64,000 nt of DNA, from NCBI GenBank assembly GCA_902511025.1, contig CABXDP010000002.1, positions 1,466-65,465 on the forward strand. Reading direction: 5' to 3'. Position 1 is the first letter of the stretch. Every line of letters begins with the position of its first letter. Of the stretch, positions 1 through 8,735 are shown piece by piece. The DNA comes from an uncultured Gammaproteobacteria bacterium (GTDB lineage Bacteria; Pseudomonadota; Gammaproteobacteria; PS1; Pseudothioglobaceae). Position numbers and translations under genes: made by a program. The notes below the pieces were generated by a model. That model ran no database searches, had not been told where the DNA came from, and worked only from the letters and a program-made list of their open reading frames with translations.

Positions 1-38
1 CAATTACTTTTCTAAGATTGTCTCTCCCCCTAAGAAAA

Positions 39-2339
39 CTACATTCTAACCCTAGTCTTCTCAGGATCATAAAATGGAAATCTGACTACCTTTGCAGGTA
101 ATCGTTTTTGATGTCCATCTAATTTTCCTACCTCAACTTCAGTGCCAATCTCTGACTCTGAAATTGAAATCCTACAAAGCGCAATGTTCTTTTTAAGTAT
201 TGGCGAACGCGTTGCACTTGTAATTACTCCAATTTGTTGTTTTCCAATATACACACCATCTCCATGGAGTGCAACTTCGTTTCCATCTAATTCTAACCCA
301 ACCAAAACTCTTTGTGGAGAATTCTTGCGAAGAATTAAAGATTCTTTTCCAGAAAAATCATCCTCTTTAGTTATAAGAGGAACTGTAAATGAAATGCCTG
401 CTTCAAATGGATCTGTCTGGTCACAGAACTCATATCCAGCAAAGATTAATCCCGCTTCAATTCTCAGCATATCAAGCGCATTAAGGCCTAGAGGGCAAAT
501 TTCAAACTCTTCACCAGCCTCTTCAATTGTATCCCAAACTGCCTCACAATCTTTAGGGTGTGCGAACACTTCATAACCAAGCTCACCAGAATATCCAGTT
601 CTTGAGACCATGACAGGAATACCAAACTCACCTCCAATTCGCCCTATTGTGAAACGAAACCACTTAAGGTCCTCAATCGAAGTTTGCAGTTTTGGAGTCC
701 AAATAATTTTAGAGAGCGTCTCTCTACTCTTTGGACCCTGAACGGCAACATTATGAAGCTGGTCAGTCGAAGACTTGACTCGAACATCTAAACCTTTATC
801 GTCTGCGATTTTTCTAAGCAACTTGCCACCATCATCAGAGCCACCAATCCATCTAAAGTTATTGTCATCCATTCGGAAAAGTGTCCCATCATCAACCATG
901 CAGCCATTCTCATAGCACATCGCGGAGTAAACGACCTGTCCAATTGCAAGCTTGCGGACATCTTTTGTAATGGCATACTGCATCAGAGCTTCAGCGTCTT
1001 GACCGTACACTTCAAATTTTCTAAGAGGGGCAAGATCAATCATAACAACGCCTTCACGGCACTGCCAGTACTCTTTGATTGCGCCTAAATTTGTATACTC
1101 AAGGGGCAACCAATAGCCATTATAGTTATCAAAGTTTTTTGTTAATTTAGAAGTATTTTTATGAAAACCGGTTTCTTTAGTCATAGTCGGAATGGATTGA
1201 GGGTCAGGCCTAAAAGCCGTTGCCGATGAAAAATTATTGGACTTATCATAAATCCTAACATGAATATCAGTTGGATTCCAGCCGTTTGCAGAGGTTGTAT
1301 CATCTGGGCACGCTGATGAAACGCATACGAGGTCATCTACGGCCCTTAAAAGCACAAAATCTCCTGGCCTAGACCAAGAGACATCTGAGGTTAGAGAATG
1401 GCACTCTTCAATTGCTGTATTAAAAAATAGGTTAACCGCAGCCCAATTTCTTCTGGGTTTAACTCCATATTCAGCAAGAGACGAATTAAAATTATCTGTA
1501 CAGCTAATGTGTCCTGGAAAGCCGCGATCTTCATAATACTTAGCGTTGCATGCCAGACCGAAAGTGTCATGACGACAGACTGTATCCTGAATGACTTCCA
1601 CTAAGGGAATCGAATTCTGATTATAAAACTTGTCGTGGGTCCCTGGAGCAGGATAACTTGCAAGCATCTGCGAGCGAGTCACAGTAGGATCAAGGCATAG
1701 CTCCTCATTGTTATTTAAATCTTCAACTAAAAACGCCTGAAAATCTGAGCACTGCTGACCCTCTACATCAATAATTTGAATGTATTGACCCGCCTTTACT
1801 TTATAAGCAACCGCACTAGAATCTTTGACTCGAATCTCCTTAGAGGGTTTTGCTAGAGGCTCAGGTAGCCGATCAGAAGGATTTGTAGGGTTTTTCCTTT
1901 GAACGTTAATCAAAATTTCAGTGGGTGAGTTCTGCTGATCAACCTCCATTGGACCGCCCTTTGCATCAAACACACACAAGAGGTCATGATTAATATCAAA
2001 TGATTGCCTTGTATCTGCTGGACTTGAATCTTGAAATAACTCAGCAGTATCAATATCTTTTGGTTTAATTTTATTTGAATCAAGAATTGCTCTAAGCATT
2101 TCAGAGCAGTTATCTAGAGAAACTTTATTAGAGTTATTGCTAGAATTTGTCTTCCAATTTAACGAGGACAAGGCAGAAGTTTTTTTAGAATCAAAGGCAA
2201 GTACACTGCACTTTTGATCACCTTCAACATCAACTATTTCTACTGAATCGCCTTTTTTTAAATCAATTGAAATCGCTTCACCGCCATGAATCTGATAGGT
2301 TTCACAATCACCATCATATTTAATATTCGAAACTCTCAT
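39..2339 (-). CDS. tdm: Trimethylamine N-oxide demethylase (DUF1989 + GcvT aminomethyltransferase domains)
   Basis: N-terminal DUF1989-type region with Cys motifs RHDTFGLAC / HISCTDNF / SACPDD, and a C-terminal GcvT fold (SRTGYSGELGYE, LRIEAG, FYDPEKTR). This architecture is characteristic of Tdm, and the gene adjoins gmaS-mgsABC. Confidence 0.85.
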   Translation of the reverse strand: MRVSNIKYDGDCETYQIHGGEAISIDLKKGDSVEIVDVEGDQKCSVLAFDSKKTSALSSLNWKTNSSNNSNKVSLDNCSEMLRAILDSNKIKPKDIDTAELFQDSSPADTRQSFDINHDLLCVFDAKGGPMEVDQQNSPTEILINVQRKNPTNPSDRLPEPLAKPSKEIRVKDSSAVAYKVKAGQYIQIIDVEGQQCSDFQAFLVEDLNNNEELCLDPTVTRSQMLASYPAPGTHDKFYNQNSIPLVEVIQDTVCRHDTFGLACNAKYYEDRGFPGHISCTDNFNSSLAEYGVKPRRNWAAVNLFFNTAIEECHSLTSDVSWSRPGDFVLLRAVDDLVCVSSACPDDTTSANGWNPTDIHVRIYDKSNNFSSATAFRPDPQSIPTMTKETGFHKNTSKLTKNFDNYNGYWLPLEYTNLGAIKEYWQCREGVVMIDLAPLRKFEVYGQDAEALMQYAITKDVRKLAIGQVVYSAMCYENGCMVDDGTLFRMDDNNFRWIGGSDDGGKLLRKIADDKGLDVRVKSSTDQLHNVAVQGPKSRETLSKIIWTPKLQTSIEDLKWFRFTIGRIGGEFGIPVMVSRTGYSGELGYEVFAHPKDCEAVWDTIEEAGEEFEICPLGLNALDMLRIEAGLIFAGYEFCDQTDPFEAGISFTVPLITKEDDFSGKESLILRKNSPQRVLVGLELDGNEVALHGDGVYIGKQQIGVITSATRSPILKKNIALCRISISESEIGTEVEVGKLDGHQKRLPAKVVRFPFYDPEKTRVRM

Positions 2340-2440
2340 TAATTAAAAACCCCTTTTAATAATGTTTGAGTATACATAGAATTACTTAAAGATTATTTTG
2401 AATAAACTAATTCCCGTACTCAAAAGATTTTTTTAGTTTA

Positions 2441-2517
2441 TTCAGCACCTCAGGGGGTGAGGTGCCGAAAAACCAAGGAGAGAATTTATAGAGAGTGCCT
2501 CTTTAAAATCTCCCCTT
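2441..2517 (-). terminator. Two tandem stem-loops between the mgs operon and tdm; the first on the minus strand is a likely terminator
   Basis: Minus strand: AAGGGGAGATTTTAAAGAG-GCACT-CTCTATAAATTCTCTCCTT followed by GGTTTTT, then TTCGGCACCTCA-CCCCC-TGAGGTGCTGAA. Confidence 0.55.
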
Positions 2518-2535
2518 TTAATTCACTTACCCAAA

Positions 2536-2922
2536 TTAAAATTTACGGTAAGCGTTATTTAGATCAACCATTGGATGATTTTCTGACATTTGGAACTTGA
2601 TTAAAAGCTCACGCGCAATCATGTCTCTCTCTTGCTGATTATCAGGCAGTTTAATGGTGTCAGGAATCGTCACCCAGCCGTTGATGTTTCTATCAAAAAC
2701 AGCCGCTTGATCACCCTCATATCCCATATGAATATCCTCTAACCAGTTCAGATCTTTCCATCCCATTTTGTCTATATACTCCTGTAAGAAAGGGGTGATA
2801 AACTTAAGGTCAGGAACGAGATTTACGTCATATCGATAACCAATATGCTGACCAATGTCTTTTTCGCGATCAGTTCCTAGGCCATCATCTCCAACAACAA
2901 ACTCTTCTTCTTTATTGCTCAT
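2536..2922 (-). CDS. Hypothetical 128-aa acidic protein, last gene of the gmaS-mgsABC operon
   Basis: Start reassigned to the ATG at 2922 (MSNKEEEF), which follows an AGGAGA RBS just after the mgsC stop. The upstream extension in the ORF track overlaps mgsC. Confidence 0.8.
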   Translation of the reverse strand: MSNKEEEFVVGDDGLGTDREKDIGQHIGYRYDVNLVPDLKFITPFLQEYIDKMGWKDLNWLEDIHMGYEGDQAAVFDRNINGWVTIPDTIKLPDNQQERDMIARELLIKFQMSENHPMVDLNNAYRKF

Positions 2923-2936
2923 AATTTCTCCTATCC

Positions 2937-4274
2937 TTAAAAGCGTGTCAAATCTGGACGGCCAACGGTGTGCTGAGAACCTGCAATAGGGACTTGAGCA
3001 CATGCTGAGGCTTCCATCGTTAAAGCAGCAAGATCTTCTGGCTCTAGTGAGTGAATATTCGTTTTACCACAAGCACGCGCCATCATCTGGCACTCAATGG
3101 CTAAAGTATGTAAAAAGTTGTAAACTCTCTCTGAAGCTGCATCAGGGTCTAGTCTCTGTCTAAGCACTGGGTCTTGAGTTGCAACACCCACTGGGCAGCG
3201 ACCTGTATGACAGTGATAACACTCGCCCGCGTTGACGCCCATTTCATTAGGGTAATCCGCTTCAGGTATATCTCTGTTACAGTTAAGCGCCATAAGAGAA
3301 GCGTGTCCAATCGCAACCGCATCTGCACCAAGTGCGACCGCTTTAGCGACGTCACCACCATTTCTAATACCACCAGCATAGACCAGTGAAATTCTTCCTG
3401 TCATGCCAACATCATCGATTGCTCTTCTTGCTTGACGAATTGCAGCGATCCCAGGAACACCTGTCTCCTCAGTAGCGATATGAGGTCCAGCAGCTGTACC
3501 ACCTTCCATTCCATCGATATAAATACTGTCACAACCCGTTTTTGCAGCCATACGAACGTCGTCGTAGACACGAGCAGCACCCAGCTTCAATTGGATAGGA
3601 ATTTGTCCATCCGTTGCTTCACGAATCTCTTCAATTTTAAGAGCCAAATCATCTGGACCTAACCAGTCTGGGTGTCTAGCAGGCGATCTTTGGTCAATAC
3701 CCGCTGGAAGCGATCTCATCTCAGCAACCTGGTCTGTTACTTTTTGTCCCATCAAGTGTCCACCCAGCCCCACTTTACAACCCTGTCCAATAAAGAACTC
3801 AACACTGTCAGCTAGACGTAAATGCTGAGGGTTGAAGCCATAGCGTGACTGAATACACTGATAAAACCACTTACTTGAGTAGCGTCTCTCATCAGGAATC
3901 ATTCCTCCCTCACCAGAGCAAGTCGCTGTTCCAGCCATAGTTGCGCCCCGAGCCAGAGCTGTTTTAGCTTCATAACTCAGCGCTCCAAAACTCATACCGG
4001 TAATGTAAATGGGTATGTCGAGCTCTAGTGGTCTAGGTGCTTCAGGACCGATAATGGTTTTTGTTAAACACTTTTCTCTGTAGCCTTCAATAACAAAGCG
4101 CGTCAGAGTACCTGGCATAAAAGTCAAGTCGTCCCATGTTGGAATCTTTTTGAAAAGAGAGAAACCTCTCATTCGGTAACGTCCCAAATCAGATTTAATG
4201 TGGATGTCATCCATCACACCTTTAGGAAAGATAAAACTTTTACCTAGTCTGTTTTTTTCATCTATATCACTCAT
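2937..4274 (-). CDS. mgsC: N-methylglutamate synthase subunit C (FMN-binding glutamate synthase family)
   Basis: GMSFGALS, SGEGG, GIDQRSP.RHPDW, CYHCHTGRCPVGVATQDP Fe-S motif; operon with mgsA/B and gmaS. Confidence 0.85.
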   Translation of the reverse strand: MSDIDEKNRLGKSFIFPKGVMDDIHIKSDLGRYRMRGFSLFKKIPTWDDLTFMPGTLTRFVIEGYREKCLTKTIIGPEAPRPLELDIPIYITGMSFGALSYEAKTALARGATMAGTATCSGEGGMIPDERRYSSKWFYQCIQSRYGFNPQHLRLADSVEFFIGQGCKVGLGGHLMGQKVTDQVAEMRSLPAGIDQRSPARHPDWLGPDDLALKIEEIREATDGQIPIQLKLGAARVYDDVRMAAKTGCDSIYIDGMEGGTAAGPHIATEETGVPGIAAIRQARRAIDDVGMTGRISLVYAGGIRNGGDVAKAVALGADAVAIGHASLMALNCNRDIPEADYPNEMGVNAGECYHCHTGRCPVGVATQDPVLRQRLDPDAASERVYNFLHTLAIECQMMARACGKTNIHSLEPEDLAALTMEASACAQVPIAGSQHTVGRPDLTRF

Positions 4275-4307
4275 AATTTTTCCTTTATTTAATTTGTTAA
4301 AGTCCGA

Positions 4308-5150
4308 TTAAAGAATAAGTTTTTTCTCTGCAGGCTCAAGATTATCGTAGTTCCATAGTGTCTTACCAGAAACATACTTTTGCATCTTTTCTACGCCATT
4401 TGGAGCTTTCATATCATAATTACCAAGCTTTTCAGTTAAGTAGCGTACGTCTAGCTCTGTCATCTCACCAGGAACACAGTCCACTCCAAGCTCTTCAACT
4501 TCACCGCCCACATAGATCGTGCCGTCATACATTGAATCACCTAAGTTCATACCTGCATCTCCAAGCACAATCATTCGACCACGCTGCATCATAAAGCCTG
4601 AGAAAGCGCCCGTTTTACCACCAACAATAATGGTTCCGCCTTTTTGGTCAATACCTGTTCGAGCACCAACACTCCCTTTACATACGAGGTCTCCACCACG
4701 AATTGCAGCACCAAACGTTGAACCGGCATTACCATCAATAACGACCGTTCCAGCCATCATGTTTTCAGCGCATGACCAGCCTACTCGTCCCTTGATATGA
4801 ACATTAGGCCCATCAATCAGGCCACAACCAAAGTAACCTAAGCTGTCTGAAAAAGTTAAATTAAGACGATTCAAAATACCTACGCCAACACCATGCCTTG
4901 ACATTGGATTGTCAACGGTAATATTACCGATACCGCTTTCCATTAATGCTCTGATCTCACGATTAATTTCTCTTGGCGTCATATCTAAAGCATCAATCGT
5001 AGCGCTCTTGTTAGTGTCTACTTCAAACGAATGAAAATATGTCAGGTTTGCACTTTCATCAATCGAGAAAAATTTCTGCTGCGTTCTTCCTTTGAGCTGC
5101 TCCTGATGGAGCCCCATCTCATAAGACGAATCTTTTTTTAGTTCTGCCAT
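4308..5150 (-). CDS. mgsB: N-methylglutamate synthase subunit B (GXGXG beta-helix domain)
   Basis: Repeated GxxGxxxG motifs (AENMMAGTVVIDGNAG, GFMMQRGRMIVLGDAG); lies between mgsA and mgsC. Confidence 0.85.
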   Translation of the reverse strand: MAELKKDSSYEMGLHQEQLKGRTQQKFFSIDESANLTYFHSFEVDTNKSATIDALDMTPREINREIRALMESGIGNITVDNPMSRHGVGVGILNRLNLTFSDSLGYFGCGLIDGPNVHIKGRVGWSCAENMMAGTVVIDGNAGSTFGAAIRGGDLVCKGSVGARTGIDQKGGTIIVGGKTGAFSGFMMQRGRMIVLGDAGMNLGDSMYDGTIYVGGEVEELGVDCVPGEMTELDVRYLTEKLGNYDMKAPNGVEKMQKYVSGKTLWNYDNLEPAEKKLIL

Positions 5151-6076
5151 ACTTTTACCTCTCCGTGATAAGGGTCAAATGTTTCAATTCGGTGATCAAA
5201 TAATGTCCTGATTGCGACCTCCTCTGAAGCCAAAGCAATCATATCATCACCCTCGTATACAACCATTGGTTTGGCGGCCATAACATCCTTAGCCATACCC
5301 AGTTGATCTTTTGTCGCTACTAGATATGTAAATACACCATCTAAATATTCAACAGAGTCTTTCATAGCTGACTCTAAATCTTTTCCCTGGCTCATTCTTT
5401 CTGCAATATAAACTGCTATGAGTTCTGAGTCGCAGTTCGAAGAAAAGCGATGACCTTTAAGTTCTAGTGCGCGTCTGTTGGTCCAGTAGTTCGTTAGCTG
5501 GCCGTTGTGAACTACAGCAACGTCACTAAATGGGTATGCCCAGTAAGGGTGAGCAGAACGAATATCGACATCTGACTCGGTTGCCATCCTTGTGTGACCA
5601 ATTCCATGTGTCCCATTAAATTGATTCAGTCCATACTGCTCAGAAACAACTGCAGCATCGCCAAGGTCCTTGATTAATTCGAGTGAGTTACCAATAGATA
5701 GAATCTCAACACCCTCTATGTCTTCAACGAAGTCAGCTAACTTTTTCATATCGCCTGAGAATTGAATCTCATAGCGATGCGAGTACTCAGTCGCGCTTTC
5801 TTTCTTGACAATCTTAGCGCCCAGATCATCCATTCTAGAATTCACAGCAGCAACCCTATCTTCAATTGCCGCATGTATATCAAAACTTCCCTCAAGATCA
5901 GCTGCCTCAGCGACCTTGAACCTTACTACATTATTGCCATTATCTTCGCCATACATAGCGTACCCAGTTGAATCTGGCCCCCTATGCTTCAAAGCCTGCA
6001 ACATGGCTGTCATTTGCTCACCAATGTTGACATCTTTGCCGGCATTCTTATGAATAATTCCTGCTATTCCGCACAT
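5138..6076 (-). CDS. mgsA: N-methylglutamate synthase subunit A (class II glutamine amidotransferase)
   Basis: MCGIAG N-terminal nucleophile, HRGPDSTG, GHTRMATES, VHNGQL, DSE. Confidence 0.85.
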   Translation of the reverse strand: MCGIAGIIHKNAGKDVNIGEQMTAMLQALKHRGPDSTGYAMYGEDNGNNVVRFKVAEAADLEGSFDIHAAIEDRVAAVNSRMDDLGAKIVKKESATEYSHRYEIQFSGDMKKLADFVEDIEGVEILSIGNSLELIKDLGDAAVVSEQYGLNQFNGTHGIGHTRMATESDVDIRSAHPYWAYPFSDVAVVHNGQLTNYWTNRRALELKGHRFSSNCDSELIAVYIAERMSQGKDLESAMKDSVEYLDGVFTYLVATKDQLGMAKDVMAAKPMVVYEGDDMIALASEEVAIRTLFDHRIETFDPYHGEVKVWQN

Positions 6077-6102
6077 AAAATAATCTCCCTTTCCCTGAAA
6101 AT

Positions 6103-6122
6103 TGCCCGCCGTTAGGCGGGCA
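6103..6122 (-). terminator. Intercistronic GC-rich hairpin between gmaS and mgsA (mRNA stabiliser or partial terminator)
   Basis: TGCCCGCC-gtta-GGCGGGCA perfect 8-bp stem; only a short T-run follows on the minus strand. Confidence 0.5.
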
Positions 6123-6149
6123 CTCTAAATTAACTTAAACGAAACTAGC

Positions 6150-7628
6150 CTAAGGCAAGCAGTCCAAATAAGTTTCAATATCCCAATCTGTAACCGTGTG
6201 ATTGAAACGCTCCCACTCATCAGTCTTGTAATGGTGGTAAACCTTATACATCTCATCTGGCATAGCCGATTTGATGACCTCATCATTTGCAAGCTCAGTC
6301 ATTGCATCACCAAGCGACATGGGTAACTTCTTAACATCTTTACCAGCCTCCATCGCTTCGTAAATGTTTCTCTCTTCAGCTTCACCTGCATCGATATTGT
6401 TATCAATTCCATCACCCATCGCTTTTAATAGAGCGGATCCCATTAGGTATGGATTAACCATAGAGTCTACAGAGCGATACTCAAAGCGGCCTGGAGCCGA
6501 AACGCGAAGCGCACAAGTTCTATTTTGGTAACCCCAGTCAGCAAAGATTGGAGCCCAAAAACCTGTATCCCATAATCTTCTGTATGAGTTCACTGTTGAA
6601 GAACCAATAGATGTCAGTGCTGGTAAATGCTTAATCACACCGCCGATTGAATTCAGACCAATTGGACCCGGCATTTTTTCATCAATGGATGGATCCGGCA
6701 TGAATGTATTTTCACCACCCTCTTTATAAGTAAAGACACCTGGCATTCCAGGCAGCTCTCCATCGCCTGTAGCAATTTCTGGATGAAAAACATCTTTACC
6801 ACCCTTCCACAAAGACATGTTATGGTGACAGCCCGAAGCCGAAACGCCCATAAATGGTTTACTCATAAAGCAAGCAATCAATCCAAACTCACGAGCAACC
6901 TGAGCACAAATTTGACGATAAGTCGTTAAACGATCCGCGTTCCTTAGAACGTCGTCGAACTGAGTATTAAGCTCTAACTGGCCCGGTGCATCTTCGTGGT
7001 CGCCCTGAATAATATCCAGACCCATCTGCTCAGAGTACTCAATAACCTTCATGAAAACTGGACGAAGCTCTTCAAATTGATCGATATGGTAACAGTTCGG
7101 CTTTGTTACTCCGCCATTTGTACCGCCATCTTCACCACGCTTAAGCCACATCATTTCGGGCTCAGTACCGCAGCGCATATCTAGACCATACTGGTCTTGG
7201 AATTCTTTGTGCAGTCTGTAGAGATTTCCTCTGCAATCAGAGGTTAATGCTGCGCCCGGGTTATCGCGCTCTTCACGGTTTCTGTAAAGTCTACAAAAAA
7301 CCCTAGCAACTCTCTTGTCCCATGGAAGTTGGCAGAACGTATCTGGGTCAGGGATACCGACCAGTTCTGATGATTCTGGACCATAACCGATGTAGCTTCC
7401 GTGGCGATCAACGAATAAGTTTGCTGTTGAGCCATAAACCAATTGAAATCCTTTCTCAGCTAATCTTTCCCAGTGTCGAGCAGGAATACCTTTTCCTACA
7501 ATACGACCGGTAACTGATACAAATTGATAATATACATATGTAACTCCTAAAGCATCGATTTTAGCTTTTACTTCTTTTACAAGTTTATCGCGTCCAGGTT
7601 CATTAACGTGTTGTTCTAAATCTGTCAT
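6150..7628 (-). CDS. gmaS: Gamma-glutamylmethylamide synthetase (glutamine synthetase family)
   Basis: GS fold (GTEPE, DHEDAPGQLE, FMSKPF, SGCHHNMS, NRTCALR, EYRSVD) with KPNCY and FWAP (Trp in place of the GS Glu flap) as in GmaS; first gene of the mgsABC operon. Confidence 0.8.
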   Translation of the reverse strand: MTDLEQHVNEPGRDKLVKEVKAKIDALGVTYVYYQFVSVTGRIVGKGIPARHWERLAEKGFQLVYGSTANLFVDRHGSYIGYGPESSELVGIPDPDTFCQLPWDKRVARVFCRLYRNREERDNPGAALTSDCRGNLYRLHKEFQDQYGLDMRCGTEPEMMWLKRGEDGGTNGGVTKPNCYHIDQFEELRPVFMKVIEYSEQMGLDIIQGDHEDAPGQLELNTQFDDVLRNADRLTTYRQICAQVAREFGLIACFMSKPFMGVSASGCHHNMSLWKGGKDVFHPEIATGDGELPGMPGVFTYKEGGENTFMPDPSIDEKMPGPIGLNSIGGVIKHLPALTSIGSSTVNSYRRLWDTGFWAPIFADWGYQNRTCALRVSAPGRFEYRSVDSMVNPYLMGSALLKAMGDGIDNNIDAGEAEERNIYEAMEAGKDVKKLPMSLGDAMTELANDEVIKSAMPDEMYKVYHHYKTDEWERFNHTVTDWDIETYLDCLP

Positions 7629-7815
7629 TTAATCTCTCCGAAAAAATAAAAAAAATCTTTTTAAGATTTGCCCCCTAGTAGACTTTATTTAGATTCGTAA
7701 TTAATTAACCCAAATAAAAACCAGACAATTCACTGATATATAACTGATAAATACCTCCAAACATGATTCAATTTTATGACCCTAAAAAAGTAGGGTTTCA
7801 GCAAATTAATATCGG

Positions 7816-7845
7816 AGTATACTCCTATTGATATTCCATTGTCAA
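7816..7845 (-). promoter_or_regulatory. Sigma70-type promoter for the gmaS-mgs operon
   Basis: Minus strand TTGACA-N18-TATACT, about 190 nt upstream of the gmaS start. Confidence 0.55.
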
Positions 7846-7992
7846 GAAATTTTTTTTATTTTAAAGAAATTAAATAAAGCCTTGATTTTCTTCTATTTTT
7901 TGTCAAAAAACAAAAAAAAAAAAACTGGAAAGTTTTTATCTTTAGGAAGATTTTTTTTGACTATAAATCGACTAGATAGTTAATGATTTCTA

Positions 7993-8643
7993 TCAATCAG
8001 ATGCATTAGAAGAGATAATCGTCAGAAACTGGCACTCATCACTGATGATCTTTTTTGGGCCATGCGGAGTGTCAGAATCAAAATACAGCGAGTCCCCTTT
8101 TTTGAAGTGGTAGACCTTGTTCCCATAAAAATAATCCATCTGCCCCTTGAGCATGTAGATGAACTCTACTCCCTTATGCTGAAATTCAGGAAACTCATAG
8201 TCTCTTGACGTTATTGTAATTAAACACGGCTCAACCTTTAAAGATCCACCAACCGTATGCCCTAATAATTGATAGTGTCGACTCTCATCTGAGCCTGCTC
8301 TCTCTATCGTTAATCCTTTACCTGACTTGATGAAAGTCGGCTCAACATCTTTATCATGCTGCTTAAATAAGGAGGTGATAGAGATATTGAGCGCGTGACA
8401 GATCGACTGTATTGTTTTAAGTGATGCACTAATCTGGCCGTTCTCTATTTTTGAGAGCATACTGGCTGAGAGTAGCGACTGTTTTGATAGCTGCTGAAGA
8501 GTAACGCCAGCATTCTTTCTTGCCATACGCACCTGCTTGCCTATAGAGGCCTCTAACTGCTTATCACTTCCAAAGCTTGGAAGATTTTTATTGATAATGG
8601 AAACGCCCTTCTCTTTAGGCATTGGTTTTTTTGTAGCTGCCAC
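7993..8643 (-). CDS. XRE-family transcriptional regulator with C-terminal cupin domain
   Basis: HTH_3 (TLQQLS..SASMLSKIENGQISASL) plus cupin (FQHKGVEFIYML..GDSLYFDSDTPH); upstream of gmaS. Confidence 0.9.
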   Translation of the reverse strand: MAATKKPMPKEKGVSIINKNLPSFGSDKQLEASIGKQVRMARKNAGVTLQQLSKQSLLSASMLSKIENGQISASLKTIQSICHALNISITSLFKQHDKDVEPTFIKSGKGLTIERAGSDESRHYQLLGHTVGGSLKVEPCLITITSRDYEFPEFQHKGVEFIYMLKGQMDYFYGNKVYHFKKGDSLYFDSDTPHGPKKIISDECQFLTIISSNASD

Positions 8644-8653
8644 AATACAATAA

Positions 8654-8688
8654 TTTACTTAGAATAAAAAAAATTATACTACAAGGAA
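8654..8688. promoter_or_regulatory. Putative tandem operator (TTMCT-N3-AGGAA) upstream of the XRE regulator
   Basis: tttacttagaataaaaaaaattatactacaaggaa aligns without gaps to the amt upstream site at 16541-16575. Confidence 0.45.
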
Positions 8689-8735
8689 AATTACTAGATT
8701 GAAGAATTGAACATTAACGAATGAGAAATATTGAA

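Noticed and set aside
2923-3003. N-terminal extension of ORF 2536..3003
   Set aside because: Overlaps the mgsC 3' end; the RBS supports the ATG at 2922.
7912-7924. A13 homopolymer upstream of the gmaS promoter as a phase-variation tract
   Set aside because: Lies in very AT-rich intergenic DNA outside the -35/-10 spacer, and homopolymer lengths are unreliable in this sequence (see pheT).
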